A program made the position numbers and the translations under genes. The notes below the pieces were generated by a model. The model was given only the letters and a program-made list of their open reading frames with translations. It did no database searches and was not told where the DNA came from. From positions 124,001 to 188,000 of IMG/VR virus record IMGVR_UViG_3300046516_001816: a DNA stretch of 64,000 nt; one strand, 5' to 3'. Each line of letters begins with the position of its first letter. Positions within the stretch are counted from its first letter, which is position 1. Shown here one piece after another: positions 1-9,149 of the stretch.

Positions 1-669
1 GGCTACTATTTGCAAGGCAATCAGTGGCATGTCTATCCGGCGTTGGACACCACGCGCTTTAACCAAAGCGAGACCACCCTTACGCTCATTAATCTCCCGC
101 AGAACAAGTTCTCAAATGTTGAGAGGACTTATCGCGTCTCAGGTGGAAACCTGGTGGTGATGGCGACTGGTAATGTGAAGTTCCGCGACCCGAGCAATCA
201 GCATCAGCTGAACGCCGGTAACGGGATTCGCTTTTCCGATGCCAGTAAGTTCATGGGCGGGTTTGTCGATGTGCTGAAAAATAAAGCACTCGCCTCACGG
301 GGTGGCAATAACAATGAGTTCGTGGGCTTTCAGCGACCCAATGGCAATAACAATGTGTCGCGCTCCACGAACCCTATTACGTCCAATTCCCTGGAAGAGT
401 ATTCCAAGGTTGCGCGGGCGATGGGCTCGGTGATTCAATTGGAGTGGCAGCATTCCAATCCCGATCTGATTACGCCCGGCTTGCCGACCGAGATTCTGTA
501 TATGGATCACGACACGATTCAGCAGCTCTCGGGTGTCGTGGTGGGCGTCCATCATTACACACATCTCATGGGGCAGGGCTTCTCGGCCATGCGGTATGGC
601 ACCGTCAGTACCATCGCTGTGTTTATCCAGCCTGCCGATCAATCCGGTTCTACCAATAGCACACCTTAA
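1..669 (+). CDS. 5'-truncated virion structural protein (phiKZ-like), hypothetical
   Basis: Frame 1 is open from base 1 (GYYLQGNQWHVYP...) to TAA 667-669; it precedes a run of structural-type genes. Family assignment is from context only. Confidence 0.6.
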   Translation, partial: GYYLQGNQWHVYPALDTTRFNQSETTLTLINLPQNKFSNVERTYRVSGGNLVVMATGNVKFRDPSNQHQLNAGNGIRFSDASKFMGGFVDVLKNKALASRGGNNNEFVGFQRPNGNNNVSRSTNPITSNSLEEYSKVARAMGSVIQLEWQHSNPDLITPGLPTEILYMDHDTIQQLSGVVVGVHHYTHLMGQGFSAMRYGTVSTIAVFIQPADQSGSTNSTP

Positions 670-680
670 GTGGAGTCAAT

Positions 681-1244
681 ATGTCTCTCGATTTGACCAA
701 GAGCGCAGCAGAGATTTTGCTGCAACAGATCAACGCTGATCTCGGCACCAGCTTCACGGCCGACCAAGTCACGTTCGGCCCCGTGATGAAGAATATGGAC
801 GCGGACTCCGGCACGTTCGAAGCCGCCGTGCAAATCACGGGTGTGCCGGGCGTGGGTCCGAATGGTACCGTCGTCTACAAGTACAACCGTATCGATCTGT
901 CGTCGATCTTCAACGGCGCCAACAGTTCCTACAGCGTGGACGGCGGCATCACCTACGCGCAGCTGCTCGCGAATATCAACGCTGCGATCGGCACGAACAT
1001 GTCGCTCTCGACGTTGCCGGATAACGACACGAACCAGCTTTACGTGCAAGGCGACGTTACGCCCACGCGCAAGATGCCGTTCCCGGCTCCGGGCAAGACG
1101 AGCGTGCAGTTCATTCTGACCGCCGATCCGAACTCGCTGATCTATAAGGGTGAAGCGATGCTCACCGCAGTGACCGCCAAGCAAAGCCTCGCGTCGTATT
1201 TCACAGCACCGTCGACGGGTCTGGCCTACACGGCGCCGGCCTAA
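681..1244 (+). CDS. Virion/baseplate-associated protein, phiKZ-like 'YxRIDL' family
   Basis: SD GGAG upstream. Motifs LLQQIN...TFGP...YKYNRIDL are shared with the ORFs at 1255, 2167 and 3130. Confidence 0.65.
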   Translation: MSLDLTKSAAEILLQQINADLGTSFTADQVTFGPVMKNMDADSGTFEAAVQITGVPGVGPNGTVVYKYNRIDLSSIFNGANSSYSVDGGITYAQLLANINAAIGTNMSLSTLPDNDTNQLYVQGDVTPTRKMPFPAPGKTSVQFILTADPNSLIYKGEAMLTAVTAKQSLASYFTAPSTGLAYTAPA

Positions 1245-1254
1245 GGAGTAAGCA

Positions 1255-1701
1255 ATGTCGCTCGCCCTAGACTTTACTCAGCCTGCGGCGAGCGTGCTGC
1301 TCGCCCAGATCAATTACGATAACGCCACGCAGATCACCCCGGACCAGTACCGGATTGATGAAGTCGCGGCGCTCTCGGATGGCTCGGGCTATAACACGAT
1401 TGTCTTTGTGTCCGGCACCCAGGGTGCGCAGTTCGAAGGCCAGGAGTACTTCAAGTACAACCGCATTGATATTGCGACGGTGCCGGGTGCGCGGACCAAG
1501 GTCTTCAATCGAGGTGCCGCGGTGCTGCTCTCGGACCTGTTGCCGCAGATTAATGCCGCGTGGTCCCTGAACCTCACCAAAGCGGACATCGTCAATGGCG
1601 TGTTGCCCGCCAGCCTCGATGGCAATCCCGTGGCGTTCTATATGCAGATGGCGCCCGGTGCAGTGTTGTGGAATAACCAAGTCGAAATCGGGATCCAGTA
1701 A
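1255..1701 (+). CDS. Virion/baseplate-associated protein, paralog of 681-1244
   Basis: SD AAGGAG; LLAQINYDN...YNTIVFV...YFKYNRIDI; LLPQINAAWSLNL. Confidence 0.65.
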   Translation: MSLALDFTQPAASVLLAQINYDNATQITPDQYRIDEVAALSDGSGYNTIVFVSGTQGAQFEGQEYFKYNRIDIATVPGARTKVFNRGAAVLLSDLLPQINAAWSLNLTKADIVNGVLPASLDGNPVAFYMQMAPGAVLWNNQVEIGIQ

Positions 1702-1838
1702 TGGAAGCAGAAGACGTTGAGGAGACAGCCCCACTTAAAAAGCATTGGACGGACGGATTGATCCGCTGCTGGTGGTGCATGCATTGGAAAGAAAAAGACG
1801 CGGTGTGTTGCGACCCTAGAGAGAAAGCGAACTTATAA
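1701..1838 (+). CDS. 45-aa Cys/Trp-rich small protein (not in ORF track)
   Basis: Hand translation MEAEDVEETAPLKKHWTDGLIRCWWCMHWKEKDAVCCDPREKANL*; TAATG overlaps at both ends (1699-1703, 1836-1840). Confidence 0.55.
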   Translation: MEAEDVEETAPLKKHWTDGLIRCWWCMHWKEKDAVCCDPREKANL

Positions 1839-2065
1839 TGAAAGCAAACGAAACCAGCATCAAGTTTAAATATGCCCTGTCCGCCGCCCTCGCCAATCCG
1901 GGTCATGACTATCCGGAAGACTTCGAACACGAGAACGGCATGTACATGAGCGTCTGTATTCGGACCGATTGTCGCCAGAAGTTTACCGGGGGCAAGTATC
2001 GCTTTATCTGTAATAAATGTAGTAGCAGCACCCCGAGTCAGCCGGTGAGTCAAGGGCTCCGGTAG
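1838..2065 (+). CDS. Small putative Zn-binding protein
   Basis: CIRTDC...CNKC Cys pairs; start coupled to the upstream stop via TAATG. Confidence 0.55.
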   Translation: MKANETSIKFKYALSAALANPGHDYPEDFEHENGMYMSVCIRTDCRQKFTGGKYRFICNKCSSSTPSQPVSQGLR

Positions 2066-2166
2066 CAAAAAAATACCCGAGCAGTATCCTATGAGAAGGA
2101 CTCAGCATTGGTCCCGCTGCCCTTTTCATTCCCCGAAAAAGACCCCCTCTTTCTTCAAGGCTTAAC

Positions 2167-3048
2167 ATGCAGATCAATGCTTCCCTGAGCGCCATCGGTA
2201 ATCTGTTGGCTCTCATTCAGGAATCGAACCCGAAGTTCGGCTCCGTCACGGAAGACCAGTTGTCTGTGGTCTCCGTTGCTGCACAAGCTGCCGACGCACA
2301 AGGCCGCAATGCAGTCGCAACGGTGTCGCTCGCCGGCTATCAAGACACGGCTGCTTTCCAGTACACGCGTCTGAGCCTCACGGACAACGTCGTGAACCCG
2401 TCGCTGTCGCTGTCGGTCGATCCGGCTACGATGAAGGCCGCTGACGTTCACGCTGCGGTGATCGGTGCACTCGCACTGCTCGACAGCGAAGTGAAAATCA
2501 GCTCCGACGCGTTCGCTGAAGACGGCTCGCTCGTCGCGCCGGCTGAAGGTCAATCGGCATCGGTCACGATCGCTGCCAACGCGAACTCGGTACTCTACGC
2601 CGACGGCGCAACCGTTGCCGTGTCGCTCGTGTTCCCGGCTCCGGCTGCACCGGTCGTTCCCTCGGTAGGCACGCTCGTGGACAACGCAGCACTGAACGGC
2701 TTCAACCCGGCGCAAGCTCCGGCTGAACAACCGGCTGCTCCGACGGACACCCCGGCAGCGCCCGCTGCTGACGGTCAAGCCCCGGCTGAGCAACCCGCCG
2801 ACCAACCGGCCGCTGACACGACCGTGACGTCGACGACCACCACGACGATTCCGGCTGACGGCACGCAACCGACGACCGAAACGGAAACGACGGTCGCCAC
2901 GGGTGACCAGCCGGCTCAGCCGGCAGCAGACGCTCCGGCAGCTGACACCCAACCGGCTTCGACGGAACCGGTTGCTGAAACGCCGGCTGCAACGGACGGC
3001 CAACCGGCTGCTCCGGCTGCTGACGAAACGCAAACGCCGGCTGCTTAA
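2167..3048 (+). CDS. Virion protein ('YxRxxL' family) with a long Pro/Ala/Thr/acidic disordered C-terminal tail
   Basis: N-terminal LIQESNP...FQYTRLSL; C-terminal PAEQPAA-type low complexity; strongly biased codons (GCT, CCG, GAA). Confidence 0.7.
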   Translation: MQINASLSAIGNLLALIQESNPKFGSVTEDQLSVVSVAAQAADAQGRNAVATVSLAGYQDTAAFQYTRLSLTDNVVNPSLSLSVDPATMKAADVHAAVIGALALLDSEVKISSDAFAEDGSLVAPAEGQSASVTIAANANSVLYADGATVAVSLVFPAPAAPVVPSVGTLVDNAALNGFNPAQAPAEQPAAPTDTPAAPAADGQAPAEQPADQPAADTTVTSTTTTTIPADGTQPTTETETTVATGDQPAQPAADAPAADTQPASTEPVAETPAATDGQPAAPAADETQTPAA

Positions 3049-3067
3049 GCAGGCTAAGCTGTAAACG

Positions 3068-3109
3068 AAGAGAGATCAGGGTGCAAACTCTGGTCTCTCT
3101 TTTATGCCG
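3068..3109 (+). terminator. Hairpin + TTTATGCCG element
   Basis: AAGAGAGATCAG / CTGGTCTCTCTT stem, then TATGCCG at 3103-3109. Confidence 0.75.
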
Positions 3110-3129
3110 TTCACTTTTCGAGAAAACTA

Positions 3130-3630
3130 ATGCATATCGATCCGACTTTGTCCGCTGCTGAAAATGTGATTGAACTGGTCACGAATCCGGCCCTAGGCTT
3201 GCCCGTTAACCCCGAGTATTTGGCAGTGGGCAAACCTATGCCGTATGATCCGGCCGCTACCGTTGCAATCAGTTCGGTCTATGGCAAAGGCTTGAATGTC
3301 GACGGCCTCAGCAGCAATACTGCCGTGGTGGTGTTTGAACGACCTTCGTTGGAAGACGTGACGGATGATGGCGTCAGCCAGTTAATCATTTATCGACGCG
3401 TGACACTGGCCCAAGCTATCTCACCCAAGGCCCCCAATGTCACCATGGCCCAGGATCTGAATGCTTCCGAGATTATGGCAGCCATTGCCAGTCAACTGGG
3501 TTTGATTTCCGAAGAGCTCTATTTCAATAGTCCCTCCCATGGGAATCCCGCCACTATCCAGATTGCCACCCTGGGCACGTCATTGGCGTACCTGATGAGC
3601 TTGCTCACGGTGAACGTTACGTACTCGTAA
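3130..3630 (+). CDS. Virion/baseplate-associated protein, 'YRRVTL' paralog
   Basis: VIELVTNP...VGKP...SNTAVVV...IIYRRVTL matches the family pattern of 681/1255/2167. Confidence 0.6.
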   Translation: MHIDPTLSAAENVIELVTNPALGLPVNPEYLAVGKPMPYDPAATVAISSVYGKGLNVDGLSSNTAVVVFERPSLEDVTDDGVSQLIIYRRVTLAQAISPKAPNVTMAQDLNASEIMAAIASQLGLISEELYFNSPSHGNPATIQIATLGTSLAYLMSLLTVNVTYS

Positions 3631-3638
3631 AAAACACG

Positions 3639-3673
3639 ATTCAAAGCGAAAATGGGCATATATCACGACTATG
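3639..3673 (+). promoter_or_regulatory. Bipartite phage promoter-like motif, copy 1 (probable early promoter)
   Basis: ATTCAAAGCGA-AAATGGGCAT-ATATCAC-GACTATG; same boxes and spacing as 5197-5231; the TATATCAC core resembles the phiKZ early promoter TATATTAC. Confidence 0.6.
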
Positions 3674-3725
3674 AGCATCCAGGTAAATTCACCTGTGCTT
3701 TTCTCATTAACGTAATGGAGTGATC

Positions 3726-3965
3726 ATGAGCGCTTTGAAAATTGCAGCAGGCGTCGCCGCTGGCGTCGTGGTAGGAGCAGGGGTGGTGGTCGCAGCCAAG
3801 AAGGGCCTCGAGTGGAACGAGCGTCGCAAGTTCGCCAAGCTCACGAGTGGCAATCCGCAAGCCGGCAACATCTTTTCGTTCATCGGCTCGAACGCGAAGA
3901 ACATGAACACCGCGCTCGGTCATGCACCGGTCGAGCAACCGCAGCAAAAGCAAGCCGCGCAGTAA
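3726..3965 (+). CDS. Small membrane-anchored hypothetical protein
   Basis: SD GGAG 5 nt before ATG 3726; hydrophobic IAAGVAAGVVVGAGVVVAA segment. Confidence 0.65.
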   Translation: MSALKIAAGVAAGVVVGAGVVVAAKKGLEWNERRKFAKLTSGNPQAGNIFSFIGSNAKNMNTALGHAPVEQPQQKQAAQ

Positions 3966-4032
3966 CCTCGTCGTCCCTCGTAGTCTAAACAACGCGTACA
4001 ACAAACTTAAACCAAGATAAGGAACCAACATC

Positions 4033-4755
4033 ATGTCGATCGTCAACCGTCTGCTGGGCCGTGCCAAGAAGTTCGAACGTAACTCGCTCAACGAGATCGT
4101 CGTCCTGGTGCACAAGGACGTACGTCATCACGCCCCCCATGGCTTTATCAACGTCACGCACCACGCTCAACGTATCAAGAACGCCCCGGTCGCGTTCGTG
4201 TTCCCGGATCTGCCGGCCGCGCCCGCGCTTACGCTGCGCCTGATGACGGATCTGTACGAAGCGCTGCACGCGCAGGGCTACATCCCGCATGAGCTCGTGT
4301 CCTATGGCACGATGCAGCCGATGTTCATCGCCGAGCACGCCTCCGATGACGCGTTCGTCATGGCTACGCCCGGTTTCGATCCCGTCGAATTCGCGCGTGC
4401 TCAGACGAATGCCGATCCTGCCGCGATTCCGCGTTCGCTGCTCAAGCAACATCCGGATCGTCGCCACGGCATGCATGTGGTCCAACCGGGTGAAGCCAGC
4501 TATGGCGAGCTGCTTGACGCGGTGCTCGTCAGCTTCAAGGCCCGCTGCGCGCGCTTCGATGAAGAAACGCGTGAAGTCGCAGCGATCCGTTTCGACCAGA
4601 TCATCAGTAACGGTGTGAACCGTAACGATAGCGTCGACGAAATCAAGGACCGCCTGGAAACGGCGCTGCAACAAATGCATGAAGACAACGCCGCGCGGCG
4701 TGAGCGTCAACAGCTCGCCGCTGGTCGCGTCGCAGGCGCCGTCACCAACGTCTAA
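4033..4755 (+). CDS. Hypothetical protein (240 aa)
   Basis: SD AAGGA, A-rich leader, phage-like codon usage; no recognised motif. Confidence 0.75.
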   Translation: MSIVNRLLGRAKKFERNSLNEIVVLVHKDVRHHAPHGFINVTHHAQRIKNAPVAFVFPDLPAAPALTLRLMTDLYEALHAQGYIPHELVSYGTMQPMFIAEHASDDAFVMATPGFDPVEFARAQTNADPAAIPRSLLKQHPDRRHGMHVVQPGEASYGELLDAVLVSFKARCARFDEETREVAAIRFDQIISNGVNRNDSVDEIKDRLETALQQMHEDNAARRERQQLAAGRVAGAVTNV

Positions 4756-4760
4756 GCTGA

Positions 4761-4797
4761 CGGCATAGGCGGGGAGCCTCAGTGCTCCCCTTTATTT
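4761..4797. terminator. Hairpin with + strand U-tract, preceded by an inverted TATGCCG (CGGCATA)
   Basis: GGGGAGC / GCTCCCC stem (4771-4790), then TTTATTT; CGGCATA at 4761-4767. Confidence 0.65.
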
Positions 4798-4825
4798 ATA
4801 ATTACATTAAACCAAGGAAACAATC

Positions 4826-5092
4826 ATGTTGCAAGAATTCGCAGATACGACCGTGCGTATTGGGGTCAACCCCATGATGGATCCCAAGCAATCACACGGC
4901 ATGGCCAACTATCGCCGCACCGATGGTAAGACGGGGACGGTGCATTTTCTCGTGGACCATCCCCGCCGTCTGAAGCATCCCACGGATGACGCCATCAACG
5001 ACGTCATCAAACAACTTCATCTGCTGGGCTACCCGGCAGTGTCGGTCACCGTCAAGACTGGGAAAATCAGCAAGGTGTTCCGTCCGCAGTAA
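4826..5092 (+). CDS. Hypothetical protein (88 aa)
   Basis: AAACCAAGGAAACAATC leader before ATG. Confidence 0.7.
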   Translation: MLQEFADTTVRIGVNPMMDPKQSHGMANYRRTDGKTGTVHFLVDHPRRLKHPTDDAINDVIKQLHLLGYPAVSVTVKTGKISKVFRPQ

Positions 5093-5131
5093 ACGCGTTC
5101 CTTAATCACTGACATGGGGTCGGTGATTTTT

Positions 5132-5169
5132 AAGAGGCCCACTTACCGATGGGTGAGCCTCTTTTTTTT
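5132..5169 (+). terminator. Intrinsic terminator
   Basis: AAGAGGC.CAC / GTG.GCCTCTT stem followed by a long T run. Confidence 0.7.
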
Positions 5170-5196
5170 GTTGGAAAGCATCGATACAAGGAAAAT

Positions 5197-5231
5197 ATTC
5201 AAAGCGAGAATAATCACATATCACTACAATG
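5197..5231 (+). promoter_or_regulatory. Bipartite phage promoter-like motif, copy 2
   Basis: ATTCAAAGCGA-GAATAATCAC-ATATCAC-TACAATG, immediately after a terminator. Confidence 0.6.
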
Positions 5232-5327
5232 TGAGTCTTGTGTTACTCAAATTTTAAGTCTCTTCTTTTGTTCTTTTTTACAGCGGCTTTTAATGCTGTG
5301 CATCCCCACTATCTTCAAGGAGCCACC

Positions 5328-5702
5328 ATGTCTGACGCAACGCACAACCCCGATGCTGCGCAGGCTGCTCAAGCTGCCATCCAACAACAACTCAAGCGTG
5401 ATGAACTGATGGCGAAGTTTGGCGTGCAAGCGCCGATCGCTTTCATGCGTCAGCTCGGCAACGCCCAGGTCCATACCGGTCAGCGTCCGTCGCCGCAAAC
5501 GCACATGCTGTCGTGGAAAGAAACCGGCAGCAACCACAAAGAAAAGAAGCTGTATGACGAACAGGTCGTGAGCGTGTTGCTCGACTATATCTTCATGCTC
5601 GAAGAACAACTCGCGATCGAGGCGGTGCAGTTCCGTCAGGATTCGATCTCGACGTTGATTGACAACCATCACCTGGACGGCTTTACGCCGGCACAACCGT
5701 GA
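5328..5702 (+). CDS. Hypothetical protein
   Basis: SD AAGGAG precedes ATG 5328 (MSDATHNP...), a better start than 5238. Confidence 0.7.
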   Translation: MSDATHNPDAAQAAQAAIQQQLKRDELMAKFGVQAPIAFMRQLGNAQVHTGQRPSPQTHMLSWKETGSNHKEKKLYDEQVVSVLLDYIFMLEEQLAIEAVQFRQDSISTLIDNHHLDGFTPAQP

Positions 5703-5881
5703 TTCATGCCCTGCACTTTGGTGGCTACTGGATCGGCATTGGCCTGATTAGTGCAGGCATGCTGGTGGTCAGCGGTGCCGAGATGTACCATTGGCGACGC
5801 CATCACAAGCGTCGTCGTCCCCTCTCCCTGGGTGAGCTCATCCAGACCAATGCGCTGAACGGTTTCGAGAAGCGTCAATAA
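5699..5881 (+). CDS. Small single-pass membrane protein
   Basis: GTGA overlap with the upstream stop; hydrophobic YWIGIGLISAGMLVVSG followed by a basic patch. Confidence 0.55.
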   Translation: MIHALHFGGYWIGIGLISAGMLVVSGAEMYHWRRHHKRRRPLSLGELIQTNALNGFEKRQ

Positions 5882-5905
5882 AACCTCTTTATAGAGAAAA
5901 CGAAC

Positions 5906-6850
5906 GTGAATAAAGATCACCCGAATTACATCAAGTACCCTTCGTTCATTCTTGGCGTCAATGCCGAAGTGATCAAGAAGATCCTCACGCCCAATGTGCT
6001 CGACGGGCAAAACACCTGGTATCTGAACGACGCCGGCGCGGACCATCTGTGGGAGCTCTCGGACGACAAGCCCAACAGCCCCCGCATCAACGGGCATCTC
6101 GTGATCCGTCGCCGCCAGGAACTGGAGAAGGATTCCTCGGTGCTGCAACTGCTGCCGTACACCATGATCGGCTGGGTGGACGAGCAAACCGGGGCGGTGA
6201 GCGTTTCGACGTATTACCGCAAGAAGGGCACGGGTGAAAACCGCATGGCGCAAGCCACGCACGGCAAGGACGCGGACGTGATGTCCTTCGGCTGGGGCGG
6301 GCATGTCGAGATGATCGACATCGCGTGGAAAGAAGACGGTGACCTCGATCTCGACCAGACGATCTTCAACAACATCGTTCGCGAGAAGGCCGAGGAATGT
6401 ATCTTCACCGATACGCGCACCAACAGCGAAGTCTCGATTCACGCGCTGCTCGATGATCACCCCCTGCGCCCGCAAGGCTATATCTACGACACGCGCAACG
6501 AAGTCGGCCAGCATCACTTGGCCATCGTCAACCTGCTCGTGTTGCCGGCGTATATCACCGTCACCAAGCGTGAAGCTGAACTCATGCAAGGCCCGGTGAT
6601 GACGCTCGAGGAACTGAACGCCAACATCGCGTCGTTCGAGCCGTGGTCGGAAATCATCGTGCGCTCGCATTACGTGAATGCCGCCGCGTTCCAGGAATCG
6701 GTGACAGCGCTCGCCGAGCAGCACAAGGAAGTCGACTACCACAAGCTCGCCCGTGCGGCGGGTCAAGCGGAGTCGCCGGCCGATACGCCGTCGAACGTCG
6801 TGCGCGAAGCGGTGCTGGATGCCGCCATCGTCAAAGAAACGGCCCAGTGA
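5906..6850 (+). CDS. Nudix/MutT-family phosphoesterase (COG4112, YmaB-like)
   Basis: LQLLPY, YYRKKGTGENRM, SFGWGGHVE, degenerate Nudix box REKAEE and NEVGQHHLAIV match the COG4112 pattern as I recall it. Confidence 0.7.
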   Translation: MNKDHPNYIKYPSFILGVNAEVIKKILTPNVLDGQNTWYLNDAGADHLWELSDDKPNSPRINGHLVIRRRQELEKDSSVLQLLPYTMIGWVDEQTGAVSVSTYYRKKGTGENRMAQATHGKDADVMSFGWGGHVEMIDIAWKEDGDLDLDQTIFNNIVREKAEECIFTDTRTNSEVSIHALLDDHPLRPQGYIYDTRNEVGQHHLAIVNLLVLPAYITVTKREAELMQGPVMTLEELNANIASFEPWSEIIVRSHYVNAAAFQESVTALAEQHKEVDYHKLARAAGQAESPADTPSNVVREAVLDAAIVKETAQ

Positions 6851-6887
6851 TCGGGTTCTGAAAACCACCTCCCTCGGTGGGACGGCA

Positions 6888-7301
6888 ATGCTATGTTTCA
6901 CCGAGGGCCTCCCCTTAGACCAGGGAGCGTATTGTTTAACCGGGGTTTGTATCGTGAGCGCGATACCGTTTTCAGAGCAAGACTGTTGCCGTAATTTCCA
7001 GCGTGCTTTATGGATGCTGAGAGAAAAAGAAAAGTTTCAACTGGTGTGTCGCTTCAAGCGTAGTCGAAGTGGTCACCTCATGCTCTACGTCTGGAAGTTT
7101 CCGGCGAGCATGAAACTCACTGCATCCATTGTTGAGGGTGTGGCGAAGCTGTTGAAGCCCGCTCGGATCTTTTCCGAGCTCGACGTGTTCGGTGTGGAAG
7201 AGGCCATCCACGAACCGGAAGACACGTTTGTGGAATGCGAAGTCCAGGACCTGATCCCCAATCATGTGTTCGATGCAGACGCATTTTACGAACGTATCTA
7301 G
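6888..7301 (+). CDS. Hypothetical protein
   Basis: ORF fills the gap between neighbours; ATG 6888 chosen. Confidence 0.55.
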   Translation: MLCFTEGLPLDQGAYCLTGVCIVSAIPFSEQDCCRNFQRALWMLREKEKFQLVCRFKRSRSGHLMLYVWKFPASMKLTASIVEGVAKLLKPARIFSELDVFGVEEAIHEPEDTFVECEVQDLIPNHVFDADAFYERI

Positions 7302-7321
7302 TCTACTACTAATAAACCGCC

Positions 7322-7768
7322 ATGTTCGTGCCAGGTCTAAAGAGTGTTGTTCAGTCCGCGATTGAGCAACGCAAATTTCTTACCAATGGACAAGCGCTGC
7401 CTGAGATTGATTTCAGCCAGCCGGTTCATCTCGAAATCACCGCCATTGATTCGGCCCACTTGGTCTCCATGATCCGGTGCACTGATGATACCGTCGTCGA
7501 CTTCGGAAAAGAGTACATGCGTGTCCTGTATTTGCAGATGACGCACGACTGCATCTTCCAGGACGCGGTGGTCGCGCTGTTGAGTGAAACCCCTGCATTG
7601 GCTGAGCTCCTGACGGGCATGAAGAAAGTCAGAGTCTCGATCACGGGCTACACGACGCGTGCCAAGCAAACCTTTCGCAAGCCAGTCCTTCGCAATCCCA
7701 ATGAGGGCAAACACATCCAGCATTGGAAAGTGAAGCTGGAAGACAGCGCCATTTTGGTAGCTGCCTAA
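7322..7768 (+). CDS. Hypothetical protein
   Basis: 148-aa ORF with an A-rich leader, ending just before a terminator. Confidence 0.65.
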   Translation: MFVPGLKSVVQSAIEQRKFLTNGQALPEIDFSQPVHLEITAIDSAHLVSMIRCTDDTVVDFGKEYMRVLYLQMTHDCIFQDAVVALLSETPALAELLTGMKKVRVSITGYTTRAKQTFRKPVLRNPNEGKHIQHWKVKLEDSAILVAA

Positions 7769-7787
7769 GAAGAACCATGGCCATACG

Positions 7788-7816
7788 AGCCCGGTCTCGA
7801 CCGGGCTTTTATGCCG
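7788..7816 (+). terminator. Hairpin + TTTATGCCG element
   Basis: AGCCCGGT-CTCG-ACCGGGCT, then TTTATGCCG. Confidence 0.75.
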
Positions 7817-7880
7817 TTTGTGTAGATTTTATTCCGCTGGTAAATCGGGTGAGTATCGTCTAATAAGGAGAAATGACCAA

Positions 7881-8546
7881 ATGAAGCAAGAGCACTACCC
7901 GGGCGCTTTTATCACCCTCGAAGGTCCGGATGGATCGGGGAAAACCAGTAATGTGGGTTACCTCGCAGAACAGTTTCGCGCGCTCGGTTATGACGTTGTG
8001 CTCACCCGTGAACCGGGCGGCTCCAAACTGGGCGAGGAACTTCGCGCATTGCTGTTGAGCAACTACATGCCGAAGATGGCCGAGTTGCTGTTGATGTATG
8101 CAGCGCGCGCGGATCATGTCGAACAACTGATTAAGCCCGCCCTGCGCGCCGGTAAGATTGTGATCAGTGATCGCTTTGCGGACTCGTCGTTTGCCTATCA
8201 GGGCATGGGGCGCGGGATGAAGGACGAAGTGCTGGCGATCGAAAAGCTGGTGCTGGGGGATTTTGAACCGAACTGGACGCTGTACTTTGACGTGACGCTG
8301 GACGAAAGCCTGAAGCGCCTGCAAGGCCGCACAGGTAAGTCTGATCGCTTCGATCAGGAAGAGTTCGCCTTCCGTGAAAAAGTCTGGCACGGCTATCGGG
8401 TGCGTTTTCTGAATCACATCGAGCGGATGGTGCAGATCGATGCGATGCAAGATCCGGAAGGCGTACGCAGTCAAGTGCGGGCCTGGGCCAACGGTTCATT
8501 CATGTACTGGCATACGGTCACCCGTCATGAGGCAGCGAATGTTTAA
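7881..8546 (+). CDS. tmk: Thymidylate kinase (dTMP kinase)
   Basis: P-loop FITLEGPDGSGKTS, TREPGG, DRFADSSFAYQG, DRFD; SD AAGGAG upstream. Confidence 0.95.
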   Translation: MKQEHYPGAFITLEGPDGSGKTSNVGYLAEQFRALGYDVVLTREPGGSKLGEELRALLLSNYMPKMAELLLMYAARADHVEQLIKPALRAGKIVISDRFADSSFAYQGMGRGMKDEVLAIEKLVLGDFEPNWTLYFDVTLDESLKRLQGRTGKSDRFDQEEFAFREKVWHGYRVRFLNHIERMVQIDAMQDPEGVRSQVRAWANGSFMYWHTVTRHEAANV

Positions 8547-9141
8547 CGGCACCTATGCAGTGAAGGTTAAACGGGGCCGTCGTCGGTACCAGCAGATTCA
8601 AGAGCACGTGCGGTACGTGGCGGGCAGTCGGCGTAAAGAAGCGCAGGAACGCCACGATAGACTGGTCGCCAACATCACGTGGCTCGCGCGCATTCGTAAA
8701 GAGCTCGGCAGTGCGGTGCCCGCAGACGAAACACCGTACGTCGACTATTCGATTTTCGAGCGCTATGCGAGTGAGCTCACGCCGGAGCAGCTGACGCGCG
8801 CACTCAAGTACTTGAAGGCGGATTTCGTCCCCGAGAAACTGTACAAGGTCACGTGGAATGGCTATCGCATGGTTCTGGAGTTCAGCGTTCTGGAATGGTT
8901 GCTCATTCGTTTGGCTATTATTGAGTCGGCTGAAAACAAAAAGAAGGAAGGCAGCATTCCGACGGCCTACTACGGTTTTCTTAGCAACGATGATTTCTTC
9001 TTTGACGAGACCCGGATTCGCAACCCTAACGGTGTGAATCACACGTCATGGGAGCTGGTGAAGCAAGCCAAAGAAGAAGTAAAGATTCCCGTACACCCAC
9101 AAGCCCCCGATTCGTGGTGGCGCAAGTATTTCACGCGATAA
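8539..9141 (+). CDS. Hypothetical protein
   Basis: ATG 8539 overlaps the tmk end; coding-like codon pattern. Confidence 0.65.
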   Translation: MFNGTYAVKVKRGRRRYQQIQEHVRYVAGSRRKEAQERHDRLVANITWLARIRKELGSAVPADETPYVDYSIFERYASELTPEQLTRALKYLKADFVPEKLYKVTWNGYRMVLEFSVLEWLLIRLAIIESAENKKKEGSIPTAYYGFLSNDDFFFDETRIRNPNGVNHTSWELVKQAKEEVKIPVHPQAPDSWWRKYFTR

Positions 9142-9149
9142 GGAGAAGT

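Noticed and set aside
2084-2100. GTATCCTATGAGAAGGA resembling GTATCCTCTGGAGAAGGGA at 63012-63030
   Set aside because: Only two imperfect copies with an indel and different contexts; not distinguishable from chance without a genome-wide count.
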